A stretch of DNA of 64,000 nt from Pseudobdellovibrionaceae bacterium (GTDB lineage: Bacteria; Bdellovibrionota; Bdellovibrionia; Bdellovibrionales; Bdellovibrionaceae), in NCBI GenBank assembly GCA_044359815.1, contig JBIKLL010000001.1, positions 64,001 through 128,000 of the forward strand. The letters run 5' to 3'. Below are positions 18,598-28,829 of this stretch, piece after piece. The position numbers and the translations under genes were made by a program. The notes under the pieces were generated by a model. That model was given only the letters and a program-made list of their open reading frames with translations, was not told the DNA's origin and did not search any database. Each line of letters starts with the position of its first letter. Position 1 is the stretch's first letter.

Positions 18598-18643
18598 TAG
18601 GCTTTTCTATCGTTATTTCAAACATTTGGTCAATGCTTACCTG

Positions 18644-19549
18644 TTAATATTTAAAGACTCTTTTCAGATAAAATCCCTTTTGTTGATCAAGACCCACTAT
18701 CGCCAGCAGTCTTCCTGAGGTCGATGATTGAATTTGCACAAATTCATCGTTTTTAGGATCAAATCCCCTGATCAATTCGGTTCTTAGAGTAGCTCCAATC
18801 TGACCGTTTTTTAGCAGCTGCTCTTCAAATCCAGAAACTTTAAAAACTTTAACATTGGGCAAGGCTTCTTCGATTTTAACATAGGCTTCTGTGTTAACCA
18901 GACTGCTGATTCCATGCAGATCATGCAAACTGATGGCTTTATCTAAATCAAAAGGCTCAGATGAAACCCTTTCCAAAGCTGTCATGGTTGCCCCACAACC
19001 CAGTTTTTTACCGATTTGGCTGACCAGAGATCTGATATAACTGCCTTTTGAACATGAAACTTCAAATTCAATAATTGGATTTTCAAAGTAGCTTATTTTT
19101 AAATCCCAAAATTTCATCACTTTTTTAGGAAGCTCAACTTCTTTACCGTCTCGAGCGTATTCGTAAAGCTTTTTGCCGTTTTTTTTGATGGCAGAATATA
19201 TTGGAACTTCCAGGTCGAAAGTTCCCTGCATAGACAGTATCGAATCTCTTATGGCTTCCTCTGATTCGGTAACGTCTGTTTCATTCACTACGTTCCCAGT
19301 CACATCGTAACTGTCAGTTTCAACACCCAACTGCATCCTGACCCAATACTTTTTATTTCCGTCAGTGATGTACTGAGATAATTTTGTCGCTTCACCACAG
19401 GTCAAAACTAATAATCCAGAAGCTATTGGATCCAATGTTCCGCAATGGCCGACTTCTTTAGTTCGTAAAATTTTTCTGACACCAGCAACAATATCATGAC
19501 TGGTAGGGCCAGCCTGTTTGTTCACCAATAACAAACCATTAAAATTCAT
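18644..19549 (-). CDS. truB: tRNA pseudouridine(55) synthase
   Basis: GHCGTLDP, YSAIK, CSKGSYIRSL. Confidence 0.96.
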   Translation of the reverse strand: MNFNGLLLVNKQAGPTSHDIVAGVRKILRTKEVGHCGTLDPIASGLLVLTCGEATKLSQYITDGNKKYWVRMQLGVETDSYDVTGNVVNETDVTESEEAIRDSILSMQGTFDLEVPIYSAIKKNGKKLYEYARDGKEVELPKKVMKFWDLKISYFENPIIEFEVSCSKGSYIRSLVSQIGKKLGCGATMTALERVSSEPFDLDKAISLHDLHGISSLVNTEAYVKIEEALPNVKVFKVSGFEEQLLKNGQIGATLRTELIRGFDPKNDEFVQIQSSTSGRLLAIVGLDQQKGFYLKRVFKY

Positions 19550-19557
19550 AGGATTTC

Positions 19558-19917
19558 CTACTGTGGGTTGGGTGAATGGATCTGACTCAATAGTGATTCA
19601 ATTTTTAGAATGTATTCAGTCGTCTCGTCAGAGTGAAAACTCAATACGGGACAATACCGCATCGGGAGTTCTTTAGACAGATGTCTTTGAATCTGAACTC
19701 TTTCATCATTAATAGCTCCAAGGCTAGTTTCTAAATCTTCAGCACTTCCTAAAACGCTAATGAAAACCCTTGCTGATTTGAGATCACCTGGCATCTTAAC
19801 TTTTGAAACTGTCACTATGCCCTTTAAAGGCAGTCGGCAACCTCGTAACAGATAATTAGCAACGATCTGTTGCACTTGGCTTTCAGCCTGTTGTACGCGT
19901 TTTGAATCTTTTTGCAC
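19558..19917 (-). CDS. rbfA: Ribosome-binding factor A
   Basis: DLKSARVFIS, MRYCPVLSF; lies between infB and truB. Confidence 0.9.
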   Translation of the reverse strand: MQKDSKRVQQAESQVQQIVANYLLRGCRLPLKGIVTVSKVKMPGDLKSARVFISVLGSAEDLETSLGAINDERVQIQRHLSKELPMRYCPVLSFHSDETTEYILKIESLLSQIHSPNPQ

Positions 19918-19966
19918 GCAAACCTCTTTTAAGAAAGTTTTAAATCACTGATCTAATCTTTTAAAT

Positions 19967-22690
19967 TTATAATCCCAGTTCTTTGGCGACTTCTTCCTTT
20001 ACAAAAGTTTCAATCACATCGCCGACTTTAACATCGTTAAAGTTCTCAATACCGATACCGCACTCAAAGCCCTGTTGAACTTCCTTGGCATCATCCTTAA
20101 ATCGTCTCAGTGATGAAATCTTACCTTCGTAAACAATTTTTCCGTCACGAATAAGTCTAGCCAAGTTAGATCTCTGAATCTTTCCATCCAGTACGGCACA
20201 ACCAGCAATGGTTCCGATTTTTGGAACACCAAAGGTGTTTCTGACTTCGGCTCTACCCATGACTTTTTCAACCACATCTGGAGTCAACAGACCCTGCATG
20301 GCTTTTTTCATTTCATCCATTAACTCATAAACAATGGTGTAAGTCCTAACATCAACCCCAAGACGTTTAGCCTCTTGCGAGCCGCCACCGTCTGGTCTGA
20401 CATTGAACCCAACCACAATTCCCTTGGCCGTGGACGCCAACAAGACATCTGATTCTGTGATCCCGCCGACTGCTGAATGTATGATTCTGACTTTAACTTC
20501 AGGTGTTGATAATTTAGAGAACATGCCCTGAATGGCTTCCAAAGATCCCGCAACGTCGGCTTTCAAAATAACCGATAATTCTTTGACGTCACCTTGTTTG
20601 ACCTTAGAAAAAATCTCCTCAAGGGACATTTTAGTAGTCACTGTTTTGTCTTTAAGAATTTTTTCTCTTCTCATTCTGACCGCTTCTTCGGCTGTTTTTT
20701 CGTCAGCGACAATATCAAATCTGTCACCGGCAGCCGGCACGTCGTCTAATCCCAACAAGGCCACAGGTGCTCCTGGAAGAGCTTCGTTTACTTTTTCGCC
20801 CCTATCGTTTGTAAGACTTCGAACTTTACCTTTACAAATCCCAGCAACTACAAAATTTCCAACCCTTACAGTTCCATCTTTGACCAGCAATGTGGCCACG
20901 GGTCCTCTGCCTTTTTCCAGTTTGGACTCGATCACGATTCCAGTACCTGGCAATGAAGGACTTGCTTTTAAATCAGAAACTTCGGTAACCAACATGATTT
21001 GCTCAAGCAATTCATCTATCCCTGTTTTCTTAACAGCAGAGACGTTCACAAAAATCGTTTGTCCGCCCCATTCCTCGGGAACAATTTCGTATTCAGTTAA
21101 TTGTTTTTTAATTCTATCAGGATTTGCGCCTGGCTTATCCATTTTGTTAACTGCAACTATTATTGGAACATTGGCAGCTTTGGCATGACTGACGGCTTCC
21201 ACCGTCTGAGGCATAACACCATCGTCAGCAGCAACAACAACAATTGCAATGTCAGTTACATTGGCACCACGGGCACGCATGGAAGTGAAAGCTTCGTGAC
21301 CGGGAGTATCTAGAAATGTGATTACAGAGCCATCATCCCGCTTAACCTGGTAGGCACCGATGTGCTGAGTGATACCACCGGCTTCTCCGGCTGCAACCTT
21401 GGCATTTCTGATTGCATCTAATAATGAAGTCTTACCATGATCCACGTGTCCCATAACGGTGACAACTGGAGGTCTTAAAACCTTTTCTACGTTTTCTGAC
21501 TGAGTGGTCTTGGCAATTAATTCTTCGGCTGTTTGATAAACGTTTTGTGCTTCGAAATGAAAATCCTGAACTATCAATGCAATGGTATCAAAATCCAACG
21601 AGGTATTAATCATCGCCGTGACACCATTTTTCATCAATACTTTGATCAGCTCAGGGGCTTTAACTCCCATAGCGACAGCTAAGTCAGCCACTTTCATGGT
21701 TTGATTGACTTTAACTATACGTTTTGAGGCCTTGGGTTTTGTAATCTGTGTTTGCATGGCAGGCCTGCTGAGAAGATTTTTTTTCTTCTTGGGTTGAAAG
21801 ACCATTTCGCGCTTTCTGAATTCAGAAGCATCAAAGTGCTGTAATGCACCTTCTTCAGCGGGCTTTGCTGGGCCACCTTCATTCAGTGTTTTAACCCTTC
21901 GCTTGTCATCTTTCCGTTTTGAATAATCATCTTCTTCTGCAGGAACCTCGGGCACTGTGGGTGCTGCCTGAAAAAATCCGGCTCTAACGTGGCCCTTAGG
22001 TCGGTTGCCACCAGCCTGAGGTGCTGGGCCCCTGCGGTCCTTTGATTGTTGGCTACCAGCAGGTGCTGAAACCCGACTTAAATCCATTCTGCCGATAATA
22101 TTTCTCTTTTGAACAGGAGCATCACTGGAAATTCCACTGGCTCCGATTGCGACTTCTTTCTTACGAGCAGGAGTCGCAACTTTTTTCTCAGGTTCTTCAG
22201 CGGCTGCAGGTTTAACTGACTTTTCAACAGTTTTTTCTGCAGGCTTTAAAACCTCTTCAACCTTTTCAACAACTTCAGCTGGCTGAACTGCAGCTTCAAC
22301 AACTTCAGGTTTTACCTCATCAGTTTTTGCTTTTCTGCGAACAACAGTGGATGCGGATATTGCATCAACTGCCTTGGCTGCCGTTTTAGTTACTGTTTTT
22401 GCAACGGGAGCCACAGGTTTGGCTGCTGGGGCTTTGGTAGCTGCCGTTTTTACGGCCGCTTTTTTAGCAGGAGCCGCTTCAGTTTTTTTGCGAGTGGCTG
22501 TTTTTTTGGCCCCAGAATCTTTTTTAGTATCTGATCCTTCCAATTTTTCTTTAAGCGCCGAAAGCAACTCAGGCTCCAATTCAGCCATATGAGATTTAAC
22601 CGGCAATTTCCACTCTCTGATTTTTTCCATCAGTGCCAGCGGAGTCATACCGATTTCTTTAGCGTATTCAAAAACCTTTGGATTAGACAC
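19967..22690 (-). CDS. infB: Translation initiation factor IF-2
   Basis: GHVDHGKT, DTPGHEAF, NKMD; long Ala/Lys/Pro-rich N-terminus. Confidence 0.98.
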   Translation of the reverse strand: MSNPKVFEYAKEIGMTPLALMEKIREWKLPVKSHMAELEPELLSALKEKLEGSDTKKDSGAKKTATRKKTEAAPAKKAAVKTAATKAPAAKPVAPVAKTVTKTAAKAVDAISASTVVRRKAKTDEVKPEVVEAAVQPAEVVEKVEEVLKPAEKTVEKSVKPAAAEEPEKKVATPARKKEVAIGASGISSDAPVQKRNIIGRMDLSRVSAPAGSQQSKDRRGPAPQAGGNRPKGHVRAGFFQAAPTVPEVPAEEDDYSKRKDDKRRVKTLNEGGPAKPAEEGALQHFDASEFRKREMVFQPKKKKNLLSRPAMQTQITKPKASKRIVKVNQTMKVADLAVAMGVKAPELIKVLMKNGVTAMINTSLDFDTIALIVQDFHFEAQNVYQTAEELIAKTTQSENVEKVLRPPVVTVMGHVDHGKTSLLDAIRNAKVAAGEAGGITQHIGAYQVKRDDGSVITFLDTPGHEAFTSMRARGANVTDIAIVVVAADDGVMPQTVEAVSHAKAANVPIIVAVNKMDKPGANPDRIKKQLTEYEIVPEEWGGQTIFVNVSAVKKTGIDELLEQIMLVTEVSDLKASPSLPGTGIVIESKLEKGRGPVATLLVKDGTVRVGNFVVAGICKGKVRSLTNDRGEKVNEALPGAPVALLGLDDVPAAGDRFDIVADEKTAEEAVRMRREKILKDKTVTTKMSLEEIFSKVKQGDVKELSVILKADVAGSLEAIQGMFSKLSTPEVKVRIIHSAVGGITESDVLLASTAKGIVVGFNVRPDGGGSQEAKRLGVDVRTYTIVYELMDEMKKAMQGLLTPDVVEKVMGRAEVRNTFGVPKIGTIAGCAVLDGKIQRSNLARLIRDGKIVYEGKISSLRRFKDDAKEVQQGFECGIGIENFNDVKVGDVIETFVKEEVAKELGL

Positions 22691-22725
22691 TCATTCTCCT
22701 TTTACTGTGTTTTTCAATGTTGTAA

Positions 22726-24114
22726 CTATTCTCTGTCCCCAGATTCTAATTTTTCAAGTTCTTGTTTTAATCTGAGGTCTGCCTGTGATTTAGCATCAGA
22801 AGCAGTTTTCGTAGCTTGCGCAGCTGGGGAAATCGGAACTGGAATCCCCTCTTTTTCGTATTTTTCAACAACAGATTTTGCGTCTTGAATCAGCTTTTCA
22901 GCTTTTTCAGGATTGTCATAACCTGGGATGGTTAGAACTTCTTCGGCCGCAGCTTCAGCTACAGATTTAAAGCTTCCAAATCCTGATTGAAAAATATTTT
23001 GAGCCATAGTTTCGCTCATACCTGGGATCAACATCAGATTAAAAATAGATTCAGCGGTTCTAGAAGAGGCTGCAGATTCAGAGATAATATCAATCTTCCA
23101 ACCCACAAGCTTTGATGCCAAGCGAACATTTTGACCTTTTTTACCAATGGCCAAACTGAGCTGACTGTCAGGAACGACGACTTCAAGCTCTTTGTTTTCT
23201 TCATCCAAAAAGACCCTTGAAATTTCAGCGGGTGCTAAAGCATTGCAAGCAAATCTTGTGACGTCCTCATCCCATGGAACGATATCAATTTTTTCACCAC
23301 GTAATTCTTGAACTATATTTTGAACCCGGGTTCCCTTCATACCAACACAAGCGCCCACCGGATCAACTGATTGATCTTTGGTTTTCACAGCGATCTTTGC
23401 TCTTTGCCCAGGTTCTCGGGCAGCAGCCATGACCTCGACGATGCCTTCGTAAATTTCAGGAACTTCCATTTCAAATAATTTAATTAAATATCTTTCATCG
23501 GCTCGGGACATGATAATCTGAGGCCCCTTGGTGGTTTGTCTAACCTCAGACAAATAACCCTGAATTCTGTCGCCCGGTTTGTACACTTCTCCAGGTATTT
23601 GTTCACGTGGCGGAATGTAGGCCTCTGTTCGCCCCAAATCCACAACGATGGCTCCTCTTTCAACCCGTCTGGCGATGCCGGAAGCAATTTCACCCTTACG
23701 TTGTTCAAACTCATTAAAAATAATTTCTCGCTCAGCATCCCTGACCTTTTGCAAAATGATTTGCTTGGCCGTTTGGGCTGCGATCCTTCCCAAGTCACCA
23801 CTTTCCAACTTTATACCAATTGAATCACCCAACTGAGCTGCGGGATCCAACTTTAAAGCGTCATCCATTGTGATTTCGACTTCTTCATCAACAAAGGCTT
23901 CTTTGGTAACGACTTCTTTGTATTCAAACAATTCCACTTCACCACTGTCTTCGTTGTAAGAAGCTTCGATGTCGCGGTAAGTTCCGTATTTTTTGCGAGC
24001 GGCAACCAACATACCCTGTGTCACGGCCTCAACCACAACCTGGCGGTCGATACCTTTATCTTTACCAACCTGTTCAATCACTCGCGCCAATTCTGAAAAC
24101 ATATTTTCTGCCAT
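22726..24114 (-). CDS. nusA: Transcription factor NusA
   Basis: GRIAAQTAKQ, S1 and KH domains, AIGKKGQNVRLA. Confidence 0.98.
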   Translation of the reverse strand: MAENMFSELARVIEQVGKDKGIDRQVVVEAVTQGMLVAARKKYGTYRDIEASYNEDSGEVELFEYKEVVTKEAFVDEEVEITMDDALKLDPAAQLGDSIGIKLESGDLGRIAAQTAKQIILQKVRDAEREIIFNEFEQRKGEIASGIARRVERGAIVVDLGRTEAYIPPREQIPGEVYKPGDRIQGYLSEVRQTTKGPQIIMSRADERYLIKLFEMEVPEIYEGIVEVMAAAREPGQRAKIAVKTKDQSVDPVGACVGMKGTRVQNIVQELRGEKIDIVPWDEDVTRFACNALAPAEISRVFLDEENKELEVVVPDSQLSLAIGKKGQNVRLASKLVGWKIDIISESAASSRTAESIFNLMLIPGMSETMAQNIFQSGFGSFKSVAEAAAEEVLTIPGYDNPEKAEKLIQDAKSVVEKYEKEGIPVPISPAAQATKTASDAKSQADLRLKQELEKLESGDRE

Positions 24115-24124
24115 AAACTTTCCT

Positions 24125-24655
24125 TTAGTTTAATTTCTTCTTTGGTTTTTTAGTCTCTTTAAAGTCAAAAACTAACTTTGCCTTTTCAATCGCTTTAAGT
24201 GGAATTTTGATCTTCTCTACTTCAAAACGTATTTCAACTTTGCCTTCAACCACAGCTTCAATAAAACCATTGAGCTGTTTAGAATTTTTATTAACTTCCT
24301 GAGCTTCAATTCCCAATTGTTCAATACTCTGGTCCAACTTAAGCCAAATCTTTTGACCCACTGCCTTTTCAAAGTGCCATTGCTTTTTTAAGCGGCGATC
24401 CAACCCAGGTGAAGACACTTCCAAGTGATAATTACCCCCAGGTATTGTGTCTTCAACATCCAACAGCAAATTCAAACCTCTTGAAACCCTCGCGCAATCT
24501 TCGACCCCTATCCCACCTTCGCGGTCAATGGTCACCCTTAAAGTTCGACCCTGACCCAAACTCAAAAATTCGATGTCATATAAAACGCAGCCCTCGCGTG
24601 AGGCCACTTGATCTGCTAATTCTTCGATTTTCTTTATTGTTTCTTCTTTTAACAA
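24125..24655 (-). CDS. rimP: Ribosome maturation factor RimP
   Basis: EDCARVSR, LEVSSPGLDR. Start set at TTG 24655, downstream of the leader hairpin. Confidence 0.93.
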   Translation of the reverse strand: MLKEETIKKIEELADQVASREGCVLYDIEFLSLGQGRTLRVTIDREGGIGVEDCARVSRGLNLLLDVEDTIPGGNYHLEVSSPGLDRRLKKQWHFEKAVGQKIWLKLDQSIEQLGIEAQEVNKNSKQLNGFIEAVVEGKVEIRFEVEKIKIPLKAIEKAKLVFDFKETKKPKKKLN

Positions 24656-24670
24656 AATGTTCCCTGCACC

Positions 24671-24698
24671 AAAAAAAAGTGGGCTGTCTCCAGCCCAC
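24671..24698 (-). terminator. rimP leader intrinsic terminator/attenuator
   Basis: GTGGGCTG-gaga-CAGCCCAC followed by 8 T, immediately upstream of rimP; matches the widespread rimP-leader hairpin pattern. Confidence 0.8.
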
Positions 24699-24742
24699 CC
24701 AAGGGCCATTGGATACCAATCTTCATGAGTCTAAGCAAGCAC

Positions 24743-25177
24743 TTACAATCTAAAGTTCATTAATACGGCCGATTGACCATCAGAGTAGTAAGATTTTCTT
24801 TCGCCCACTTTCACAAAGCCTAAATTTTGATAAAAAATCTGAGCTCCCGTATTAAGCACATGCAGTTCAAGCCAGACTTCATCAATAGCATCTAAGTTTT
24901 TGATTATACTTAAATATTGTTCAAAAATAGCCTTGCCAATCCTCTGCCTTTGACACTGGGGATTGACTGCAAATGCCAAAATCTCGCTGACCTTATCTTG
25001 CAACGAGTAGATGACGAATCCTTTTATAAACTGATCCCAAAAAACCAGGCATTTTTGTTTCTTCAACCAAGCCCTTAAGGTGATTTCGCTCCAGTCTGAA
25101 GCCGGCGAGTTCAGAACCTGGGCAATCTTAAGAATTTCATCGGTGTCTGAAGGCTTAAAACTACGGATTGTTATCAA
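24743..25177 (-). CDS. RimI-like GNAT acetyltransferase
   Basis: AVNPQCQRQRIG, LELHVLN, FYQNLGF, RKSYY. Confidence 0.85.
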   Translation of the reverse strand: MITIRSFKPSDTDEILKIAQVLNSPASDWSEITLRAWLKKQKCLVFWDQFIKGFVIYSLQDKVSEILAFAVNPQCQRQRIGKAIFEQYLSIIKNLDAIDEVWLELHVLNTGAQIFYQNLGFVKVGERKSYYSDGQSAVLMNFRL

Positions 25178-25808
25178 GATTTTTAACCTTGTATTTGCGC
25201 TTTAAAACCTCAAACCAATCCTTTAGCTTTTCCTGGGTTTGCTCTTGTCTTAAAAATTCCTTAATTGTGCCTTTAACTTGGTCATAGGGCAAACCGCTGA
25301 ATTTAACCTGATTTCTTTCATAATAACTGCGCCCCTCTTCATCAGAAATAACCTGATTGGCAGTTTCGGCCTTAAATTTTAAAAAGGCCCGAGTCCTGTA
25401 TTTTAAATTAATAATGGATTCGACCTCGGATTCTTCGACTTCCAAATCCTTCCAGGCCTCAATGGGCTTTAAAATAGCAATGGCTTTTTTAGATTTGTCT
25501 TTGATGATTTCCTTTTCAATGTGAGCCACTGAAAAATTCTCGGCCTCTTCATTGACCATCATTTCTAGCATTTTTTGATTGAGTTGTTTTTTAAAAGGCT
25601 CTGATTGCTCATCCAGCCCCCAACCCGTTTTAGGTATTTTATTGACCGGAGTGTTTTCAAAAGTCAGAGCTTTATCAATATAAAAACTGATTTTAACCTG
25701 TCTGGATGTGATCACGTTTTTACCCACAACACCCACAGATCGGGTCACTATTTTTGCCTGGGCAGACAGGGCTCCAAAAAACAAAAGGCCTGATAAAATA
25801 AATTTCAT
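25161..25808 (-). CDS. Exported protein, SurA/PrsA N-domain-like chaperone without a PPIase domain
   Basis: Signal peptide, 'VGVVGKNVIT', 'SYYERN', 'WFEVLKRKYKV'. Confidence 0.6.
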   Translation of the reverse strand: MKFILSGLLFFGALSAQAKIVTRSVGVVGKNVITSRQVKISFYIDKALTFENTPVNKIPKTGWGLDEQSEPFKKQLNQKMLEMMVNEEAENFSVAHIEKEIIKDKSKKAIAILKPIEAWKDLEVEESEVESIINLKYRTRAFLKFKAETANQVISDEEGRSYYERNQVKFSGLPYDQVKGTIKEFLRQEQTQEKLKDWFEVLKRKYKVKNLDNNP

Positions 25809-25846
25809 CAGGCCATTATGCCAAACTTTAAATATTTGTCACAACT

Positions 25847-26971
25847 TTAAAAAGTCGCCTTACCCACTATACCCAATACATAGTAATTGATTTTTTCAAT
25901 TGGGGTATCGTTTCTTAGATAAATCCTCTGATAAGACTGTTGAAAGCCTTTGTTCACACGGCTTGAAAGGTTGTACATGTATCTGAAATCAACGCCTAGT
26001 GAAAAACCTTTTGCAACATCTAAATCCAGACCCGTTACCAAACCAAAATCAATGGCTTGAGAAGACGTCGTATCGCTAGTAATAGCAAACTGCGTATCAG
26101 TAAATGATCTGTATGTGTAAGCCATCAAACCACCTAATACGGGCTTCAATGTGCCTTCAAAAAATCTGTACTTGGCAGCAATCGCGCCTTGGTACTGATT
26201 CATATCAGTGATTCTGGGAATGTATTCACCTGTGAACGGATCGAAGGCACCTTCACGTTGCTCAACCTGGTAGTTTGAGTAAATAAAAGAGCCTTCAACA
26301 TTCAAACCGCTCTCTGAGTTTTGCCCAACAGCAAATCCCATCGAATACTGGCCTCTTACGTTAATAGCATTTGGGTAATCCGACATACCAAACAAAGCAC
26401 CGACGTACATTTTTTTGGATTCAGACTCTTTTTCTGGCTTCATAGACGCAACAGTAGCTACGATTTCATTGTGAAGCATTTCTTTGTCTATGTGATTTTC
26501 TTTTTCTTCTTTAACAACAACTGGAGTTGCAACAACTACAGCTGGAGTATGAACAACTTCTTCGTTTTGAAACTTGTTGCCAAACAACCTTTCAGCACGT
26601 TTTTTCTCGTCTTCGATACGCGCCTGCTCTAGCTTTTCAACGATGCCTTGCTCAGTAGCAACTTCGGCATCTTGTCGGGCCTTACGCATTTTTTCAGCAC
26701 GGCTTTCAGTTAAAGGCGAAGCCTCTATATATGTAGTGGGCTGCTTTTGAACTCTCACTGTGCTTTCCTGAGTTTGACCTGACAATTGCGAAGGATTTGA
26801 TTGCACATTCACCTGAACTTGACTTGCCGCAGTTGGTGATTGAACCCTCGTTGATCTTTTGTTGGCATCATACATTTGATCCAACTCATTATTGATGTCC
26901 TCATCAAACGATTGAGCCAATGCCATAGAAAACGGCATCAACATAGTTATTAATAGAACTGATTGCTTCAT
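25847..26971 (-). CDS. Outer-membrane beta-barrel protein with N-terminal coiled coil
   Basis: Signal peptide, charged helical N-region, OmpA-like strands, C-terminal Phe. Confidence 0.75.
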   Translation of the reverse strand: MKQSVLLITMLMPFSMALAQSFDEDINNELDQMYDANKRSTRVQSPTAASQVQVNVQSNPSQLSGQTQESTVRVQKQPTTYIEASPLTESRAEKMRKARQDAEVATEQGIVEKLEQARIEDEKKRAERLFGNKFQNEEVVHTPAVVVATPVVVKEEKENHIDKEMLHNEIVATVASMKPEKESESKKMYVGALFGMSDYPNAINVRGQYSMGFAVGQNSESGLNVEGSFIYSNYQVEQREGAFDPFTGEYIPRITDMNQYQGAIAAKYRFFEGTLKPVLGGLMAYTYRSFTDTQFAITSDTTSSQAIDFGLVTGLDLDVAKGFSLGVDFRYMYNLSSRVNKGFQQSYQRIYLRNDTPIEKINYYVLGIVGKATF

Positions 26972-27337
26972 AGAGATTCTCCTCTCAAAATATAAGGCAA
27001 CTTAACTCATTTTAACGCTTTTTGTCAATTTAATAACTTATTGAAAGTAGGGAACTATTTTATAAGAATTAAAAGCTGTAATTTGTATCAATTTCCTGTC
27101 AAAACAATGGTCAGTTTTGGCAGCACAAAGTGCAAATTGCCAAGGCTTTTCCAATCATTGATCTGAATCTTGGCAGTTTTCATGGAACCGGGATTTAAAC
27201 GCAACTGGCACAAAGGATTTGGGGACTGAAAAATATGAAACTTAGGCTGACACTGAAGTTTGCACAGGATATTTCAAAAAATCGCGTTAATTCTTGTAAC
27301 CTGGGACATTATGAATTTAAATCCGATTTCAATTTGT

Positions 27338-27423
27338 GGCCTTGTGGCGGAATTGGTAGACGCGCACGACTCAAAATCGTGTATCCTTCGGATGTGGGAG
27401 TTCGATTCTCCCCGAGGCCACCA
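27338..27423 (+). tRNA. tRNA-Leu(CAA)
   Basis: Acceptor GGCCTTG/CGAGGCC, anticodon arm CACGA-CTCAAAA-TCGTG, long variable arm, T arm GGGAG-TTCGATT-CTCCC, encoded CCA. Confidence 0.97.
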
Positions 27424-28112
27424 TGTTAGCATTCTTTGTAAATCGAATATTTTTAGCTGCGTTTTTCCTGACAACAGTGCGGTTCATATTTGCAGGCTGC
27501 CTGATTGCTTTTAACCACTTAGGCTGGCTGACCGTAAACCAAGTCCCCATAGAAGAGCTTAAAGAACCTTTTTTTCACATTATGTTTATGGGATTTAGGT
27601 TTGATTTAGTTGTCGTTGGTTTTGCTTTTTCGGTGATTTGGCTTTTGTGGAATCCCGTTTTTATGGAATTTTTAAGGTCGTCAATTTTTTCGCTCACTAA
27701 TTTAATTTTTTCTTTCTTAGTGGGATTTATGGCTATTTTGTATGTTATCGGATTCACCTTTTTAATTCGGTATGGTTTTCACCCGCGAGAAGTGCTTTCG
27801 GCGAACACTTGGAATCACTTTTTTTATATTTCTGATTTTAATCCAATACAAATTACCAGTTTCATTTTGGTTGGTTTGATTTTAATGGCAGCTGCGACAT
27901 GGTATTCAAATGGCGGTTGGTATTCTGATGAATACGTAGACGTGCATTTTGGAAATTGGATAATCACTGGCATCGTTTTGTTTGTCTGCGCCCGTGGCAC
28001 TATTGGCACCCATCATCTGAGGCGCGAAGATTGCGAACTGACACAATCTAAAACAATCACAGAATTTTGTCTGAATCCAATTTGGACCTATGATAAACCC
28101 ATAAATCCCTAA
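27423..28112 (+). CDS. Membrane protein resembling the N-terminal TM region of LTA-synthase-family proteins, lacking the sulfatase domain
   Basis: About 5 TM helices, GFRFD and ARG...LNP motifs; start uncertain because it overlaps the tRNA CCA. Confidence 0.6.
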   Translation: MLAFFVNRIFLAAFFLTTVRFIFAGCLIAFNHLGWLTVNQVPIEELKEPFFHIMFMGFRFDLVVVGFAFSVIWLLWNPVFMEFLRSSIFSLTNLIFSFLVGFMAILYVIGFTFLIRYGFHPREVLSANTWNHFFYISDFNPIQITSFILVGLILMAAATWYSNGGWYSDEYVDVHFGNWIITGIVLFVCARGTIGTHHLRREDCELTQSKTITEFCLNPIWTYDKPINP

Positions 28113-28121
28113 GGAGGCAGC

Positions 28122-28829
28122 ATGATTTTTGAAGCTCTTTTTAAAGGATTTGTAGATGTGTTTCACCCAAAAATGCTTAAAAATCTTTTTTTATTTAGCA
28201 TTATTATGGTGGTCTTTTGGATTTTGACCAGTTGGTTTGCCAGCTCACAGATTGTTGATTTGCTGCAATGGCTTTCCCAGTATTTCACACGGTTTGAAAA
28301 GGAGCTGAATGAAGCCACACTGATGATTTCTGAAAATCAATGGGGGCTCAAGTTTGTAGCATTTTTTGTGCTGGGATTGATTCTGTCACCTGTGATCTGG
28401 CTACTTTCAACCATCGTATTTTCTGTGCTTTTAGTGCAGTGGTCAGTCAGTTTTTTGAAGAAGACTCATTATCCAGATATCCCTGCATCTGCATCGCTGA
28501 TTCAGCTCAGGTTGCTAAGAGCCAATTTGTACTACTTTGTTTTGCTGATTTTATTTTCACCGCTGTTTTTATTGCTGTATTTCTTCCCGCCTTTAGGCCC
28601 TCTGGTCGTAGCTGCCTGGAGCTCCTTTGTAACCGCAAAATTATTGGGTCAAGAAATGGAAATTGAAATGTTTGGCAGTGACCAAAAAAAACTGTTCAGT
28701 GACAAATTCACATCCCTGTTTTTTGTTTCATTTTTTATTTCTTTGGCAAGCCACATACCATTTGTGATTTTGATTGCACCACTTTGGCTCGCATTGTCGA
28801 TTGGACATATCTTAAAAAAAGCATCTTAG
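28122..28829 (+). CDS. EI24/CysZ-like membrane protein
   Basis: AGGAGG SD; multiple TM helices; 'THYP' loop. Confidence 0.6.
   Translation: MIFEALFKGFVDVFHPKMLKNLFLFSIIMVVFWILTSWFASSQIVDLLQWLSQYFTRFEKELNEATLMISENQWGLKFVAFFVLGLILSPVIWLLSTIVFSVLLVQWSVSFLKKTHYPDIPASASLIQLRLLRANLYYFVLLILFSPLFLLLYFFPPLGPLVVAAWSSFVTAKLLGQEMEIEMFGSDQKKLFSDKFTSLFFVSFFISLASHIPFVILIAPLWLALSIGHILKKAS

Noticed and set aside
20532..21188. 218-aa plus-strand ORF and similar antisense ORFs over infB, pnp, pilC, pilB, bamA
   Set aside because: Shadow frames of well-supported genes, with no recognisable motifs.
22150..22520. Ala/Lys/Pro/Glu-rich repeats in infB
   Set aside because: Ordinary low-complexity IF2 N-terminal region.
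27117..27146. TTGGCA…TGCCAA imperfect palindrome as a sigma-54 promoter or riboswitch
   Set aside because: GG-to-GC spacing is off by one for sigma-54 and I recognise no riboswitch consensus; could be an operator but unsupported.
27235..27514. Short ORFs over 27235-27514
   Set aside because: They overlap the tRNA-Leu gene.
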